DNA of 64,000 nt from Gemmatimonadota bacterium. GTDB taxonomy: Bacteria; Gemmatimonadota; Gemmatimonadetes; Gemmatimonadales; GWC2-71-9. Where the stretch lies: assembly GCA_040002895.1 (NCBI GenBank), contig JBDUDP010000001.1:134545-198544 (forward strand), written 5' to 3'. Of the stretch, positions 20,909 to 31,767 are shown in pieces. Both the position numbers and the translations under genes were made by a program. The number at the start of each line of letters is the position of its first letter. Position 1 is the first letter of the stretch. The notes under the pieces are model-generated. The model saw nothing but the letters and a program-made list of their open reading frames with translations, ran no database searches and was not told the DNA's origin.

Positions 20909-23320
20909 ATGACGACACGATCACGACGGCTGCTGAGTGGGCTCGCCATCCTGGTCGTGCTGCTGTATGTCGGGCGATGGTCCGTCGGGATGCTTGCCGA
21001 ACGGTGGTGGGCGACGAGCATCGGTGCCCCGGTGGTCGACGTCGTGGAGCGGTGGCGACTGCTTGGCCTTGCACTCGACGTCGCCGCCATTGTCGGGGCC
21101 TCGTGCTGGTTCACCCTGCAGGCGCTGTTGGTCGCCCGTACCGTCGCCACGGTGGCCGTCACCCGTCAGGTCGGCGATCTGCAGCTGCGCGAGGCGGTGC
21201 CGGCGCGGCTGCTCTGGTTTGCCGGCATCGGTACCGGCGTGCTGCTCGGCTTGATCACTGGCGCGGGCGCGCGTGCATGGCGTGGGCCGGTGGCGCTCGC
21301 GTGGCAGGCGGTGCAGTACGGCGTCGTGGATCCGCTGCTTGGGGAAGATCTCGGGCTCTATGCCACGCAGCTGCCGGTGTGGGACCTCGCCCACGACTTC
21401 GCCCTCACCCTGGCACTGCTCGGGCTGATGGTGACCACGATGCTGTATGTCGGCATCGGCGGTATCCGGCGCGAACGCGGTGGGTTGGTGGTGCATCCTG
21501 ACGCCCGCCACCACATCGGCTGGCTGCTCGCCGCGTTCTCACTGGTGGTCGCCGTGGGATACCTGCTCGAGCCTTACCATCTTGCCGTCCAGGCCGGGGT
21601 CGGCACGGGCGCCATGGCGTTCCTGACGCAGGTGCGGGCCGCGCAGGCGATGGCGGGCGTGGCAGGCGCGGTGGGAATTCTCTCGGTGATCTGGTCACGC
21701 CGTGGCCGTCATGCCTTGCTCGTGGGGGGCTGGGGCGCGCTGCTGCTCGGGGCGTTGATCGAGGCGGTCGTGATCCCCTCGCTGGCCGCCGAATCGTCGC
21801 CACCCGCCGTCGGTGCGGCGGAGCTGCGCCAGCTGGAGTCGCTCGCCTGGGGCATCCGCTATCTGCCGGCGACGCCAGCGACCGATACGATTCCCAGTCC
21901 AACTGCACTCTGGGACGAATCGATCCTGTCGAGCTGGTTCGCGGCGGATGGTCGAGTCTTGCTTGGGGCGACACCAGGGACGCTGCCGACACCGGGCGGA
22001 CCAGTGGCCGGATGGCTGGTGGCCGCGACCTCGACGGCCGATGATCGGCGCGTCGACGTCCTCGGGGTGGTTGAGGGAGTCGTCGGTGAAACCGGTGGTC
22101 CATTTCTGGTGCGGCCTGGTGGTGCCAGCGATACCGTGTCACCCCTCTTTTCCCTCGCCGACCCGAGAATCCGCCCCGATGGGGAAGGGTGGCGCACCGT
22201 GCTGACCGGGGTGGTCCCGGGTGGCCCGCTCCGTCGCGCCACCCTCGCGTGGGCGCGGCAGGGATGGGGGCTTCTCACCAGCGGGAGCGCGCGGGCGGTC
22301 GATTGGCACCTTGATCCGACGGAACGCGCGGCGGCGGTGCTTCCGATGGTCAGCTGGTCGAGCGCCGTGCCAACATTGATCGGAGGCCGATTGCTCTGGG
22401 TCGTCCAGGGGGTACTCACGGCACCCCTCGCACCCCTCGCTTCTCACGGGCTTTGGCGCGGGACACAGGTCGCAGGCGTGGTTCCGGCGTTCGTGGCCAG
22501 CATTGACGCGGTCTCGGGCGCGGTGATCGTCTATCTCGACCCCGGCGCCGATTCGCTCGCCGCGGGATGGAACCGGTTCGCCAAGGGTCTGGCGCTTCCT
22601 GCCGCGCAGATTCCGGCGGCGCTTCGGGCGAGCCTCGTCTATCCCGCGCCGTGGCTGACCGCCCAGTTGGCGGTGCTCGAAGCGCCAGAATGGGGGCTGG
22701 GACGCCGTCCGGGTCGATTGGCCGCCGACGGTTTGCCGGAGACGCCGCTAGTGGTCTGGGAATCGCCGCAGCGCCCGGGCCGGGTCGCGGTCTTCGAGGA
22801 TCCTGCTCGGAGAGTGGTCTCTGCCGTGGTGGTGGCGAGCCGAGTCGATGGCGTTCCGGTGCTCCAGATCACCCGGCTCGATCGGAGCCCCATTGCCAAT
22901 GCCCGCGAGCTGGAGCGTGACTGGGACCGCGACCCGACACTGGCCCATCTGCGTGACTCGGCCCACGCGGCAGGCGACACGGTCCACATTCCGGCGGTTC
23001 GTTGGCGGATCGGGGCGGGCGAGCCGCTGGCCTGGCAGCCGCTCTTCACTGTCCCGGCCAAGGGTCACCCGGCGTTGCTCGGCGTCGGCGGCGCCGTGGG
23101 AGACCGACTCGCGGCTGGGCGCACGCCGGCCGAGGTGTGGGGCAAGCTGCTGCAGGGTGCCAGCGGCGCCATGGCGACGGGACCGTCCGAAGCGAGTCGG
23201 CTCGCCTTGGCGCAGGAGTGGCTGCGTCGCGCCGATTCGGCGCTGGCCAGACATGACTTGACGGCGTTTGGCCGCGCCTTTGAGGAATTGCGGAAAGTGC
23301 TTGAAGGGCCACCGCGTTAG
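20909..23320 (+). CDS. UPF0182 (COG1615)-like membrane protein, divergent
   Basis: Multi-TM N-terminus with DPLLGEDLGLYATQLP and C-terminal ADSALARHDLTAFGRAFEEL, both resembling UPF0182. Confidence 0.6.
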   Translation: MTTRSRRLLSGLAILVVLLYVGRWSVGMLAERWWATSIGAPVVDVVERWRLLGLALDVAAIVGASCWFTLQALLVARTVATVAVTRQVGDLQLREAVPARLLWFAGIGTGVLLGLITGAGARAWRGPVALAWQAVQYGVVDPLLGEDLGLYATQLPVWDLAHDFALTLALLGLMVTTMLYVGIGGIRRERGGLVVHPDARHHIGWLLAAFSLVVAVGYLLEPYHLAVQAGVGTGAMAFLTQVRAAQAMAGVAGAVGILSVIWSRRGRHALLVGGWGALLLGALIEAVVIPSLAAESSPPAVGAAELRQLESLAWGIRYLPATPATDTIPSPTALWDESILSSWFAADGRVLLGATPGTLPTPGGPVAGWLVAATSTADDRRVDVLGVVEGVVGETGGPFLVRPGGASDTVSPLFSLADPRIRPDGEGWRTVLTGVVPGGPLRRATLAWARQGWGLLTSGSARAVDWHLDPTERAAAVLPMVSWSSAVPTLIGGRLLWVVQGVLTAPLAPLASHGLWRGTQVAGVVPAFVASIDAVSGAVIVYLDPGADSLAAGWNRFAKGLALPAAQIPAALRASLVYPAPWLTAQLAVLEAPEWGLGRRPGRLAADGLPETPLVVWESPQRPGRVAVFEDPARRVVSAVVVASRVDGVPVLQITRLDRSPIANARELERDWDRDPTLAHLRDSAHAAGDTVHIPAVRWRIGAGEPLAWQPLFTVPAKGHPALLGVGGAVGDRLAAGRTPAEVWGKLLQGASGAMATGPSEASRLALAQEWLRRADSALARHDLTAFGRAFEELRKVLEGPPR

Positions 23321-23385
23321 TGGCGATGGGCCTGCGTTCGGGCTATTTTTGAAGGCTGTCTCTTGATCCTTTCGTCGAGGTGCGC

Positions 23386-24525
23386 GTGAACTTGCACGAA
23401 TATCAGGCCCGCGACCTGTTGAAGGTTGCCGGCATTCCCATGTTTGATGGCGACGTTGCCAGCACGCCGACTGAGGCCGAGGCGATCGCACGCCGGCTCG
23501 GGGGCACGGTGGTCGTCAAGGCACAGGTCCATGTCGGCGGTCGCGGCAAGGCCGGCGGCGTGAAGCTGGCCCGCAACCCGGCCGAGGCGCTCGAGTGTGC
23601 CTCCCAGATCCTCGGCATGACCATCAAGGGACTCGTGGTCAACAAGGTGCTGGTGGTGCCGGCGGCCGACATCGCGACCGAGAGCTACGTGGGTCTGATT
23701 CTCGATCGCGCGTCACAGAAGCCGGTCTTCATGGTGTCGGACGCCGGCGGCGTCGACATCGAGGAAGTCGCCGCCAAGACGCCCGAGAAGATCACCCGCA
23801 TGGCGATCGACCCGCGCGACGGGCTGCTGCCGCATCAGGCGCTCAAGCTCGCGCTGGCGCTCTACCGCGACTGGGCCCACGTGAAGGCCGCCACCAAGAT
23901 CCTGACTCAGCTCTATCAGGTCTTCATGGCCAACGGCTGTGCCCTCGCGGAGATCAACCCGCTGGTGACCACGCCCGACGGCAAGGTGCTGGCGCTCGAT
24001 GCCAAGATCATCATTGACGACAACGAGCTCGACCGTCGTCCGGACCTCGCCGTGCTGCGCGACGAGTCTGCCGAAGAGCCGAGCGAAGTCGCCGCGCGTC
24101 GCGCCAATCTCACCTTCATCAAGCTCGACGGCGACGTCGGCTGCGTGGTGAACGGTGCGGGACTCGCGATGGCGACCATGGATCTGGTCAAGTACCACGG
24201 TGGAGAGCCCGCGAACTTCCTCGATATCGGCGGCTCGTCGAATCCGGAGAAGGTCGTCAACGCGCTCAAGATCATCACCGCCGATCCGGCCGTGAAGGTG
24301 ATTCTGTTCAACATCTTCGGCGGCATCACTCGCACCGACGATGTCGCGAACGGGATCGTGACCGCCACCAAGCAGTTCAAGGTCGGCGTCCCGATCGTGA
24401 TCCGGCTCACCGGTACCAACGAGGAAGAGGCGTTCCGCATTCTCGAAAGTGTCGGGATGTCGGCAATGAATGATATGGATGCGGCTGTCGCGAAGGCCGT
24501 CGAACTTGCCAAGGGGGCCGCGTGA
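23386..24525 (+). CDS. sucC: Succinyl-CoA synthetase beta subunit
   Basis: [41 protein letters not shown]. Confidence 0.96.
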   Translation: MNLHEYQARDLLKVAGIPMFDGDVASTPTEAEAIARRLGGTVVVKAQVHVGGRGKAGGVKLARNPAEALECASQILGMTIKGLVVNKVLVVPAADIATESYVGLILDRASQKPVFMVSDAGGVDIEEVAAKTPEKITRMAIDPRDGLLPHQALKLALALYRDWAHVKAATKILTQLYQVFMANGCALAEINPLVTTPDGKVLALDAKIIIDDNELDRRPDLAVLRDESAEEPSEVAARRANLTFIKLDGDVGCVVNGAGLAMATMDLVKYHGGEPANFLDIGGSSNPEKVVNALKIITADPAVKVILFNIFGGITRTDDVANGIVTATKQFKVGVPIVIRLTGTNEEEAFRILESVGMSAMNDMDAAVAKAVELAKGAA

Positions 24526-25394
24526 GCATCTGGATCAACAACGACACCCGCCTGGTGGTGCAGGGCATCACTGGTCGTGAGGGATCGTTCCACGCCCGAC
24601 AGATGCTCGAGTACGGCACCAACATCGTGGCGGGCGTCACCCCCGGGAAGGGCGGCCAGACGTTCGAGGGCACGGTGCCCGTCTTCCACACGGTGGCCGA
24701 AGCCGTCGCCGAGACCAAGGCCAACTGCTCGGTGATCTACGTCCCGCCGGCGATGGCGGCCGGCGCGATCCAGGAAGCCGCCGACGCCGGCATCGAACTC
24801 GTGGTGTGCATCACCGAGGGCGTGCCGGTCCTCGACATGACCTACGTCATGCCCTACCTCGCCCAGCGCAACGTCCGACTCATCGGCCCCAACTGCCCCG
24901 GGCTGATCACGCCGGGTGAGGCCAAGGTCGGCATCATTCCGGGCTCGATCTGCACTCCGGGTCCGATCGGCCTGGTGTCGCGCTCGGGTACGCTGACCTA
25001 CGAGGTGGTCCATCACCTTACCGGTGCCGGGCTCGGCCAGAGCACCTGCGTCGGCATCGGCGGCGATCCGATTGTCGGCTCCAACTTCATCGACGTGATC
25101 GCCGCCTTCAACGCCGACCCCAAGACCGAAGCGATCGTGATGCTCGGCGAGATCGGCGGCACTGCGGAGCAGGAAGCCGCGGAATACATCCGCGAACACG
25201 TCCGGAAGCCGGTGTGCGGCTTCGTGGCGGGCCAGACGGCACCCAAGGGTCGCCGCATGGGCCACGCCGGCGCCATCATTTCCGGTTCGTCGGGGACGGC
25301 GGAGGAGAAGTTCCAGGCCTTCGAGGCGGCCAAGATCGGCATCATGCGCCGACCGGCCGATGTGGTGGCACTGCTCAAGGCGCGCCTGAAGTAG
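24522..25394 (+). CDS. sucD: Succinyl-CoA synthetase alpha subunit
   Basis: [27 protein letters not shown] (phospho-His). Confidence 0.96.
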   Translation: MSIWINNDTRLVVQGITGREGSFHARQMLEYGTNIVAGVTPGKGGQTFEGTVPVFHTVAEAVAETKANCSVIYVPPAMAAGAIQEAADAGIELVVCITEGVPVLDMTYVMPYLAQRNVRLIGPNCPGLITPGEAKVGIIPGSICTPGPIGLVSRSGTLTYEVVHHLTGAGLGQSTCVGIGGDPIVGSNFIDVIAAFNADPKTEAIVMLGEIGGTAEQEAAEYIREHVRKPVCGFVAGQTAPKGRRMGHAGAIISGSSGTAEEKFQAFEAAKIGIMRRPADVVALLKARLK

Positions 25395-25447
25395 GCTCGC
25401 TCCAGTCGAACAGCAGCGCGGCCTGAAGGCCGTGAGGAGTCTTGGGG

Positions 25448-25882
25448 ATGGCAGGTCGGATGACGTTTGCGATGCTGAAGCCGGATGCGGTCAGCACCGG
25501 GAAGGGTGGGGCGATCCTGGCCCACATCGAGAAGTCGGGTTTCGGGATCCGGGCGATGCGGATGGTGCGACTTACCCGCCCGGAGGCCGAGGCGTTCTAC
25601 GAGGTGCACCGCGAGCGACCCTTCTACGGCGAGTTGGTGGAGTTCATGAGCTCGGGGCCCGTGGTCGCCCTGGCGCTCGAGGCCTCCGACGCCGTGCTGG
25701 CCTGGCGGGGGGCGATCGGCGCGACCGATCCGGCCGAGGCGGCCGAAGGCACCATCCGGAAGCTCTTTGCCGAGTCGAAGGGCCGGAACGCCGTCCACGG
25801 CTCAGACAGCGACGAAAACGCCACCCGGGAGATCGCTTTCTTCTTTCCGGAGCGTGAGTTAGCCCTCCTCGGGGCGGGTTGA
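25448..25882 (+). CDS. ndk: Nucleoside diphosphate kinase
   Basis: [30 protein letters not shown]. Confidence 0.96.
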   Translation: MAGRMTFAMLKPDAVSTGKGGAILAHIEKSGFGIRAMRMVRLTRPEAEAFYEVHRERPFYGELVEFMSSGPVVALALEASDAVLAWRGAIGATDPAEAAEGTIRKLFAESKGRNAVHGSDSDENATREIAFFFPERELALLGAG

Positions 25883-25908
25883 CCGGGGTAGGGCTGGGCC
25901 ACTAGCTT
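25879..25908 (+). promoter_or_regulatory. Putative sigma70 promoter of the yceD-rpmF-plsX-fab operon
   Basis: TTGACC (25879-25884) - 18 nt - TAGCTT (25903-25908), 8 nt before ATG 25917. Confidence 0.5.
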
Positions 25909-25916
25909 TGAGGGCT

Positions 25917-26387
25917 ATGCTCCGCGTGGATGTTCGCCAGCTCAAGGGGGGTTCGGTCTCGACCGACGGGCAGTTGGCCCCCACGGACAGTGCCTTTGAC
26001 GGCCTGGACGTGGCGCTCGATGGTCCGGTGGATGTCGAGGGCACGCTGCACCCGACGGCGGAGGGGAACTTCCTCTGGCGGGGGCGGATTCGAGCCACGG
26101 TGGCCGGGGAATGCCGTCGTTGCCTCACGCCGGTGACGCAGCAGGTGGATGAAGCGGTCGAGGTCCTGTTCTCAGCGGACCCCGAATTCGAGGATGATCC
26201 GAGTGTGTACCCCCTTCCGGCGCACGCCGACGTCATCGACGTCGCCGCGGCCATCCGGGAGGAGCTTGCCCTGCGCGTGTCGGCGTTCCCACTCTGCCGG
26301 CCCGATTGCAAGGGATTCTGCGCCGTCTGCGGTGCGGATTTGAACGCCGGTCCATGCAGCTGCATGGCCGCCGGCTCGACCAACTGA
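25917..26387 (+). CDS. yceD: YceD/DUF177 family protein
   Basis: CRRCL and LCRPDCKGFCAVCG motifs; canonical position before rpmF. Confidence 0.88.
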   Translation: MLRVDVRQLKGGSVSTDGQLAPTDSAFDGLDVALDGPVDVEGTLHPTAEGNFLWRGRIRATVAGECRRCLTPVTQQVDEAVEVLFSADPEFEDDPSVYPLPAHADVIDVAAAIREELALRVSAFPLCRPDCKGFCAVCGADLNAGPCSCMAAGSTN

Positions 26388-26394
26388 GGCACCG

Positions 26395-26577
26395 ATGGCC
26401 GTACCGAAGCGAAAGTTGTCGAAGTCACGCAAGCGTCTCCGTCGCGGACACCACACCGCGCAGGGTATCCCGCCGCAGGCCTGTGCGCGCTGCAGTGCGC
26501 CGCGCCTGCCGCATCGGGTCTGCCCGTCCTGCGGCTACTACGCGGGAAAGAAGCGGCTCGAGGTCGAGGACAACTAA
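26395..26577 (+). CDS. rpmF: 50S ribosomal protein L32
   Basis: MAVPKRKLSKSR, CxxC…HRVCPSCGYY. Confidence 0.96.
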   Translation: MAVPKRKLSKSRKRLRRGHHTAQGIPPQACARCSAPRLPHRVCPSCGYYAGKKRLEVEDN

Positions 26578-26580
26578 GTC

Positions 26581-27597
26581 GTGATCCGCGTCGCGCTCGA
26601 CGCGATGGGCGGGGACCATGCGCCGGCCGCGGAAATCGACGGCGCGGCGCTCGCGTTGCGTGAGCTTCCCAACGAGTTCTCCCTGACGCTTGTGGGGCAG
26701 CCCGCGGCCATCGAGGAACACCTCGCGCGCCACCCTGATCTCGACCGCTCGCGCCTCGAGATCGTCGCGGCGACCGAGGTCATCGGCATGGCCGAGAAGC
26801 CGCTCTCCGCCGTCCGCCGCAAGCCCGACTCCTCGCTGGTCGTCGGGCTGGGGCTGCATCGCGATGGGGTGGTCGACGCCTTCGTCTCGGCCGGCAACAC
26901 CGGCGCCTCCCTCGCGGCATCCACCATCCTGCTGGGCCTGCACGACGGGGTCGATCGCGCCACCGTCGCCTCGCTCTTCCCGGCGGCCGAAGGCCCCGTG
27001 CTGGTGCTTGACGCCGGCGCCAACGTCGACTGCTCGGTCAAGGAGTTGGTGAACTTCGCCTATCTCGGCACCATCTACATGCGCGACGTCATTGGCCGCA
27101 GCAATCCCAAGGTCGGGCTGCTGAACGTCGGGGAAGAGGACGAGAAGGGGAACGCGGTGGTGCGGGAGGCGCATCGTGTGCTGCGCGACCTGCCGCGGCT
27201 CAACTACGTCGGCAACATCGAAGGTCGGGACATCGCGGTGCCGCACCCGCGTCACGGTCGGGTGGACGTCGTGGTCTGCGATGGTTTTGTGGGCAACGTC
27301 GTGCTGAAGTTCTACGAGTCGATGGGTCGGCTGGTGGGCTCGCTGTTGCATCGTGAAAGTCCCGGGCTCCTCGAATCTGAGGCGATGAAGCCACTGATGC
27401 GCTTCCTTGATTACTCTCAGTATGGCGGCGGGCCGCTCCTCGGGGTCCGCGGGGTCCCGATCATCTGTCACGGCTCCTCGACCGCCAATGCCATCAAGAA
27501 CGCCATCAAGAAGGCGGTGGAATCGGTGCGAGGCGGACTGAGCGAACACATCGCGGCGGAATTCGCGTTGGGGCACGACAAGCCGGTCACCCCATGA
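26581..27597 (+). CDS. plsX: Phosphate acyltransferase
   Basis: ALDAMGGDHAP, SAGNTGA, LDAGAN, CDGFVGN, HGSS. Confidence 0.95.
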   Translation: MIRVALDAMGGDHAPAAEIDGAALALRELPNEFSLTLVGQPAAIEEHLARHPDLDRSRLEIVAATEVIGMAEKPLSAVRRKPDSSLVVGLGLHRDGVVDAFVSAGNTGASLAASTILLGLHDGVDRATVASLFPAAEGPVLVLDAGANVDCSVKELVNFAYLGTIYMRDVIGRSNPKVGLLNVGEEDEKGNAVVREAHRVLRDLPRLNYVGNIEGRDIAVPHPRHGRVDVVVCDGFVGNVVLKFYESMGRLVGSLLHRESPGLLESEAMKPLMRFLDYSQYGGGPLLGVRGVPIICHGSSTANAIKNAIKKAVESVRGGLSEHIAAEFALGHDKPVTP

Positions 27598-28583
27598 TCA
27601 CGCGACCGATTGCCTACTTCGCCGGCATCGGCTCGGCCGCGCCTGCCAAGATCCTCACCAACGCCGACCTCGAGCGCATGGTCGAGACGTCGGATGAATG
27701 GATCGTGGAGCGCACCGGCATCCGTGAGCGCCGCATCGCCGAGCCCGACGAGACCCTCACGAGCTACACTCTCGTGGCCGCCCGTCAGGCGATGGAGCAG
27801 GCCGGGGTCACCGCCGCCGATCTCGACGGCATCATCTTCGCGACCGTGACGCCCGATCGTCGACTCCCCTCCGCCGCGTGTGACCTTCAGGCAGCCCTCG
27901 GGGCCAAGAACGCCTGGGCCTTCGATGCGGTGGCCGCCTGTCCCGGCTGGATCTACGCGCTGACGGTGGCCGAGGGGCTCATGGCCTCCGGCAACGGTGA
28001 CACCATCCTGGTGGTCGGCGCCGAAAAGCTCTCGAGCATTGTTGACCAGGCCGATCGCAGCACAGTGATTCTCTTCGGCGACGGGGCCGGTGCCGCCGTC
28101 CTCAAGCGCGCCACCGATCAGCGCGGCATGCTGTCGACCTACCTCGGGGCGGACGGCGATCTCGCCTCGCTGCTGTACATCCCGGCGGGCGGGTCGAGCG
28201 AACCGCTCGACGAAGCGGTCCTGCGCGACAAGCGGCATCTCATGAAGATGGCCGGCCGCGAGGTGTTCAAGGCCGCGGTGCTGGCCATGAGCCGCTCGAC
28301 CGACGAGGCGATCCGGCGCGCGGGACTCACCTCGGGCGACATCGACCTGCTGGTGCCGCACCAGGCGAATCAGCGGATCATCGAGGCCACGGCGAAGCAC
28401 GCCGGCATTCCGATGGACAAGGTCTTCGTCAACGTCGATCGCTTCGGCAACACCTCGTCGGCGAGCATCCCGCTGGCACTGGTGCAGGCGCAGGAGGAAG
28501 GTCGCCTCAAGCCCGGCATGATCGTGATGCTGGTGTCGTTCGGCGCCGGCTTTGCCTGGGGCAGTGTGGTGCTGCGGTGGTGA
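27594..28583 (+). CDS. fabH: Beta-ketoacyl-ACP synthase III
   Basis: ERTGIRERR; triad in AACPG, PHQAN, GNTSSAS. Confidence 0.95.
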   Translation: MITRPIAYFAGIGSAAPAKILTNADLERMVETSDEWIVERTGIRERRIAEPDETLTSYTLVAARQAMEQAGVTAADLDGIIFATVTPDRRLPSAACDLQAALGAKNAWAFDAVAACPGWIYALTVAEGLMASGNGDTILVVGAEKLSSIVDQADRSTVILFGDGAGAAVLKRATDQRGMLSTYLGADGDLASLLYIPAGGSSEPLDEAVLRDKRHLMKMAGREVFKAAVLAMSRSTDEAIRRAGLTSGDIDLLVPHQANQRIIEATAKHAGIPMDKVFVNVDRFGNTSSASIPLALVQAQEEGRLKPGMIVMLVSFGAGFAWGSVVLRW

Positions 28584-29509
28584 CTATCCTCCTGTTCCCC
28601 GGACAAGGGGCACAGAAGGTCGGCATGGCGAAAGATCTGGCCGAGCGGTTCCCGGAGGCCCGCGCCACTCTCGCGAGCATCGACGACGCGCTCGACACAC
28701 CGCTCACGCCGGTGATGTGGGAGGGGCCCGAAGAGACCCTGACCCTCACCCACAACGCCCAGCCCGCTATTCTCGCCCATTCCGCCGCGATTCTCTCGGT
28801 CCTGCGCGGGCGTCTCGGCAACGTGGTGGCGGCGGCTGGGCATTCACTGGGCGAGTACAGCGCCTATGTCGCCGCCGGCTCGCTCGACGCGGCGGACGCC
28901 GCCCTGTTGGTTCGCCGCCGCGGCACGCTGATGTTCGAGGCCGGTGCGGCACGTCCCGGCGCGATGGCGGCGGTCCTCGGTCTCGGCACGGCCGAAGTGG
29001 AGGCCAGTTGTGCTGGCGCGATGGCGGCGGGGGAAGGCACCGTCGTGGCGGCAAATCTCAACGCACCAGACCAGACCGTGATCTCGGGCGACCCCGCCGG
29101 CGTGGAGCGTGCCGGCGAGCTCTGCAAGGCAGCAGGCGCCAAGCGGGTGCTGCCCCTCAAGGTGAGCGGCGCATTCCATTCGCCGTTGATGGAGCCTGCC
29201 GTCCCCGGATTGCGTGACGCGTTGGGCGTGGTGCCGTTCGGCGAGCCGGCCTTCCCGATCGTCGCCAATGCCACGGCGGAGTACTGTGACAACCGCCACG
29301 ACGCGATTCGGCTGTTGGCGACCCAGTTGACGGCGCCGGTGCGCTGGGTGGCCTCGATGCAGCGGTTGGCCGCCTCGCACCCCGACGCGCGTTGGGTCGA
29401 GATAGGGCCGGGATCGGTGCTGACCGGCCTGCTCAAGCGAATCGTGCCCGGCGCGAACGCGTCGTCCATTGCGACCGCTGCCGACCTTGATACCTGGCTG
29501 ACCGCATGA
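28580..29509 (+). CDS. fabD: Malonyl-CoA:ACP transacylase
   Basis: FPGQG, GHSLGEY, SGAFHS, PVRW. Confidence 0.95.
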   Translation: MTILLFPGQGAQKVGMAKDLAERFPEARATLASIDDALDTPLTPVMWEGPEETLTLTHNAQPAILAHSAAILSVLRGRLGNVVAAAGHSLGEYSAYVAAGSLDAADAALLVRRRGTLMFEAGAARPGAMAAVLGLGTAEVEASCAGAMAAGEGTVVAANLNAPDQTVISGDPAGVERAGELCKAAGAKRVLPLKVSGAFHSPLMEPAVPGLRDALGVVPFGEPAFPIVANATAEYCDNRHDAIRLLATQLTAPVRWVASMQRLAASHPDARWVEIGPGSVLTGLLKRIVPGANASSIATAADLDTWLTA

Positions 29510-30249
29510 GCATCGCAATCGACCTCGCTGGGCGCACGGCCTTCGTCACCGGAAGCACCCGGGGAATCGGGCGCGCCATCGCGGGGGCGCTGCACGCCGC
29601 CGGCGCCCGAGTGGCCATCGTCGGCCGCAGCCAGGCGACCGCCGATACCGTGGCCGCCGAACTCGGCGAGGGCGCCCTGGGTTTCGCCTGCGACGTTACC
29701 GATACCGATGCCGTCCGCGGCGCCATTGCGGCCGCGGAGGCCTCCCTCGGCCCGATCGACATTCTGGTCAACAACGCCGGCCTCACCCGTGACAACCTGC
29801 TCATCCGGCTGAGTCAGTCCGACTGGGATGCGGTATTGGCCGCGAACCTGACCGGGGCGTTCGTGGCCACCCAGGCGGTCATCAAGGGGATGATGAAGCG
29901 GCGCCAAGGGCGGATTATCAACATCACCAGCATCGTGGGCATCACGGGGAACGCAGGGCAAGCCAATTACGCCGCGAGCAAGGCCGGCCTCATCGGCTTC
30001 ACCAAATCGATCGCCAAGGAGTACGCCGGACGCGGAATTCTGTCCAACTGCATCGCCCCCGGGTTTATCGAGACCGATATGACGGGTGCCTTGCCCGAGG
30101 CGACGCGGACCGCGTTATTGGAGTCGATCCCGCTGCAGCGCCTCGGCGCGCCAGGGGACATCGCGGGCGCCGTGCTCTTCCTGGCGTCTGATCTGGGCGG
30201 GTATATCACCGGGCAGGTTCTGGTGGTCGACGGCGGCATGATTGGCTGA
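29506..30249 (+). CDS. fabG: 3-oxoacyl-ACP reductase
   Basis: TGSTRGIG, NNAG, YAASK, PGFIETDMT. Confidence 0.95.
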   Translation: MSIAIDLAGRTAFVTGSTRGIGRAIAGALHAAGARVAIVGRSQATADTVAAELGEGALGFACDVTDTDAVRGAIAAAEASLGPIDILVNNAGLTRDNLLIRLSQSDWDAVLAANLTGAFVATQAVIKGMMKRRQGRIINITSIVGITGNAGQANYAASKAGLIGFTKSIAKEYAGRGILSNCIAPGFIETDMTGALPEATRTALLESIPLQRLGAPGDIAGAVLFLASDLGGYITGQVLVVDGGMIG

Positions 30250-30288
30250 GCAGGTCATCACTTCACACCATGGCAACAGAGGCATCAC

Positions 30289-30528
30289 ATGAGCGACGTA
30301 GCGGAAAAGGTCAAGGACATCATCGTCGAGGAGCTGGGCGTCGAGCGTGAGAAGCTCACCCCCGAGGCCTCGTTCATGGAAGACCTCGGCGCCGACTCCC
30401 TCGACACAGTCGAGTTGGTGATGGCCTTCGAGAAGGAATTCGACATCGACATCCCGGATGAAGAAGCGGAGAAGCTTCGCACCGTGGGCGATGCCCTGAA
30501 TTATCTCAACGAGAAGCTCGGGAAGTAG
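30289..30528 (+). CDS. acpP: Acyl carrier protein
   Basis: [14 protein letters not shown]. Confidence 0.97.
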   Translation: MSDVAEKVKDIIVEELGVEREKLTPEASFMEDLGADSLDTVELVMAFEKEFDIDIPDEEAEKLRTVGDALNYLNEKLGK

Positions 30529-30531
30529 TTC

Positions 30532-31767
30532 GTGCGCCGCGTCGTCGTAACCGGCCTCGGCCTGGTGACCCCGGTGGGGCTCACCGTGGAGGAGTCGTGG
30601 GCGAACCTGCTCGCCGGGGTCTCCGGCGCGGCCCGCATCACCAAGTTCGATCCAGAGCGCTTCTCGGTGCAGTTTGCCTGCGAGGTGAAGGGGTTCGACC
30701 CCTCACCCTACATTGACCGCAAGGAAGCGCGACGCTACGACCTGTTCGCGCAGTATGGGCTCGCGGCGGCGCATCAAGCGATGGTACAGGCCGGGTTGGC
30801 AAACGGCGAGGTGCCACAGCCGAAGCGGGCTGGCGCCATTATCGGTGCCGGCATCGGCGGCATGCAGACCTATCAGGACAACTGTGAGGCGTTCTTCGCC
30901 AAGGGTCCCGACCGCGTCTCCCCCTTCTTCGTGCCGATGTTCATTCCCGACATCGCGGCCGGTCTCGCGTCGATCCGCTACAACCTGCGCGGCCCCAATT
31001 TCGCCACCGTCTCTGCGTGCGCCTCCGGTGCCCATGCCATCGGCACCTCTTGGCAGATGATTCGCGGCGGCATCGCCGACGTCATGCTTACCGGCGGGTG
31101 CGAGGCCGCGATCACCGGGTTGACGGTGGCGGCGTTCGCCAACATGAAGGCCCTCTCCTCGCGCAACGATGATCCGGCACGCGCGTCACGCCCGTTCGAT
31201 CGGGGTCGTGACGGGTTCGTGCTGGCCGATGGTGCCGGCATGCTGGTGCTCGAGGAGTATGAGCACGCCAAGGCCCGTGGGGCCACCGTGCTGGGCGAAA
31301 TCATCGGCTACGCCGCCAGTGGCGACGCCTTCCATATCACCTCGCCGCCCGAAGATGGGCACGGGGCGATGCAGGCCATGGTCGACTGCCTCGAGAGCGG
31401 GGGCATTGCACTCGACGAGGTCGACTATATCAACGCGCATGGCACCTCGACGCCCCAAGGCGACATCGCCGAGACGAACGCGGTGAAGGCTGTGTTCGGC
31501 GATCGTGCGCGCGATCTGGTGTTCGCCTCGACCAAGTCGATGACGGGGCATGCCCTCGGCGCAGCTGGGGCGATCGAAGCGGTGATCTCGTTGCTGGTGG
31601 CGAGTCGAGGTGAAATTCCGCCGACCATCAACAACGAGGACCCCGACCCCGAGTGTGATCTCGACTGCGTGCCGAATGTGAAGCGCGCCCAGTCGGTGCG
31701 CGTCGCGCTCTCGAATTCGTTCGGTTTCGGCGGTCACAATGCGACGCTGGCTGTGCGGGCGATGTGA
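30532..31767 (+). CDS. fabF: Beta-ketoacyl-ACP synthase II
   Basis: RRVVVTG, SACASG, NAHGTST, KSMTGH, SNSFGFGG. Confidence 0.95.
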   Translation: MRRVVVTGLGLVTPVGLTVEESWANLLAGVSGAARITKFDPERFSVQFACEVKGFDPSPYIDRKEARRYDLFAQYGLAAAHQAMVQAGLANGEVPQPKRAGAIIGAGIGGMQTYQDNCEAFFAKGPDRVSPFFVPMFIPDIAAGLASIRYNLRGPNFATVSACASGAHAIGTSWQMIRGGIADVMLTGGCEAAITGLTVAAFANMKALSSRNDDPARASRPFDRGRDGFVLADGAGMLVLEEYEHAKARGATVLGEIIGYAASGDAFHITSPPEDGHGAMQAMVDCLESGGIALDEVDYINAHGTSTPQGDIAETNAVKAVFGDRARDLVFASTKSMTGHALGAAGAIEAVISLLVASRGEIPPTINNEDPDPECDLDCVPNVKRAQSVRVALSNSFGFGGHNATLAVRAM

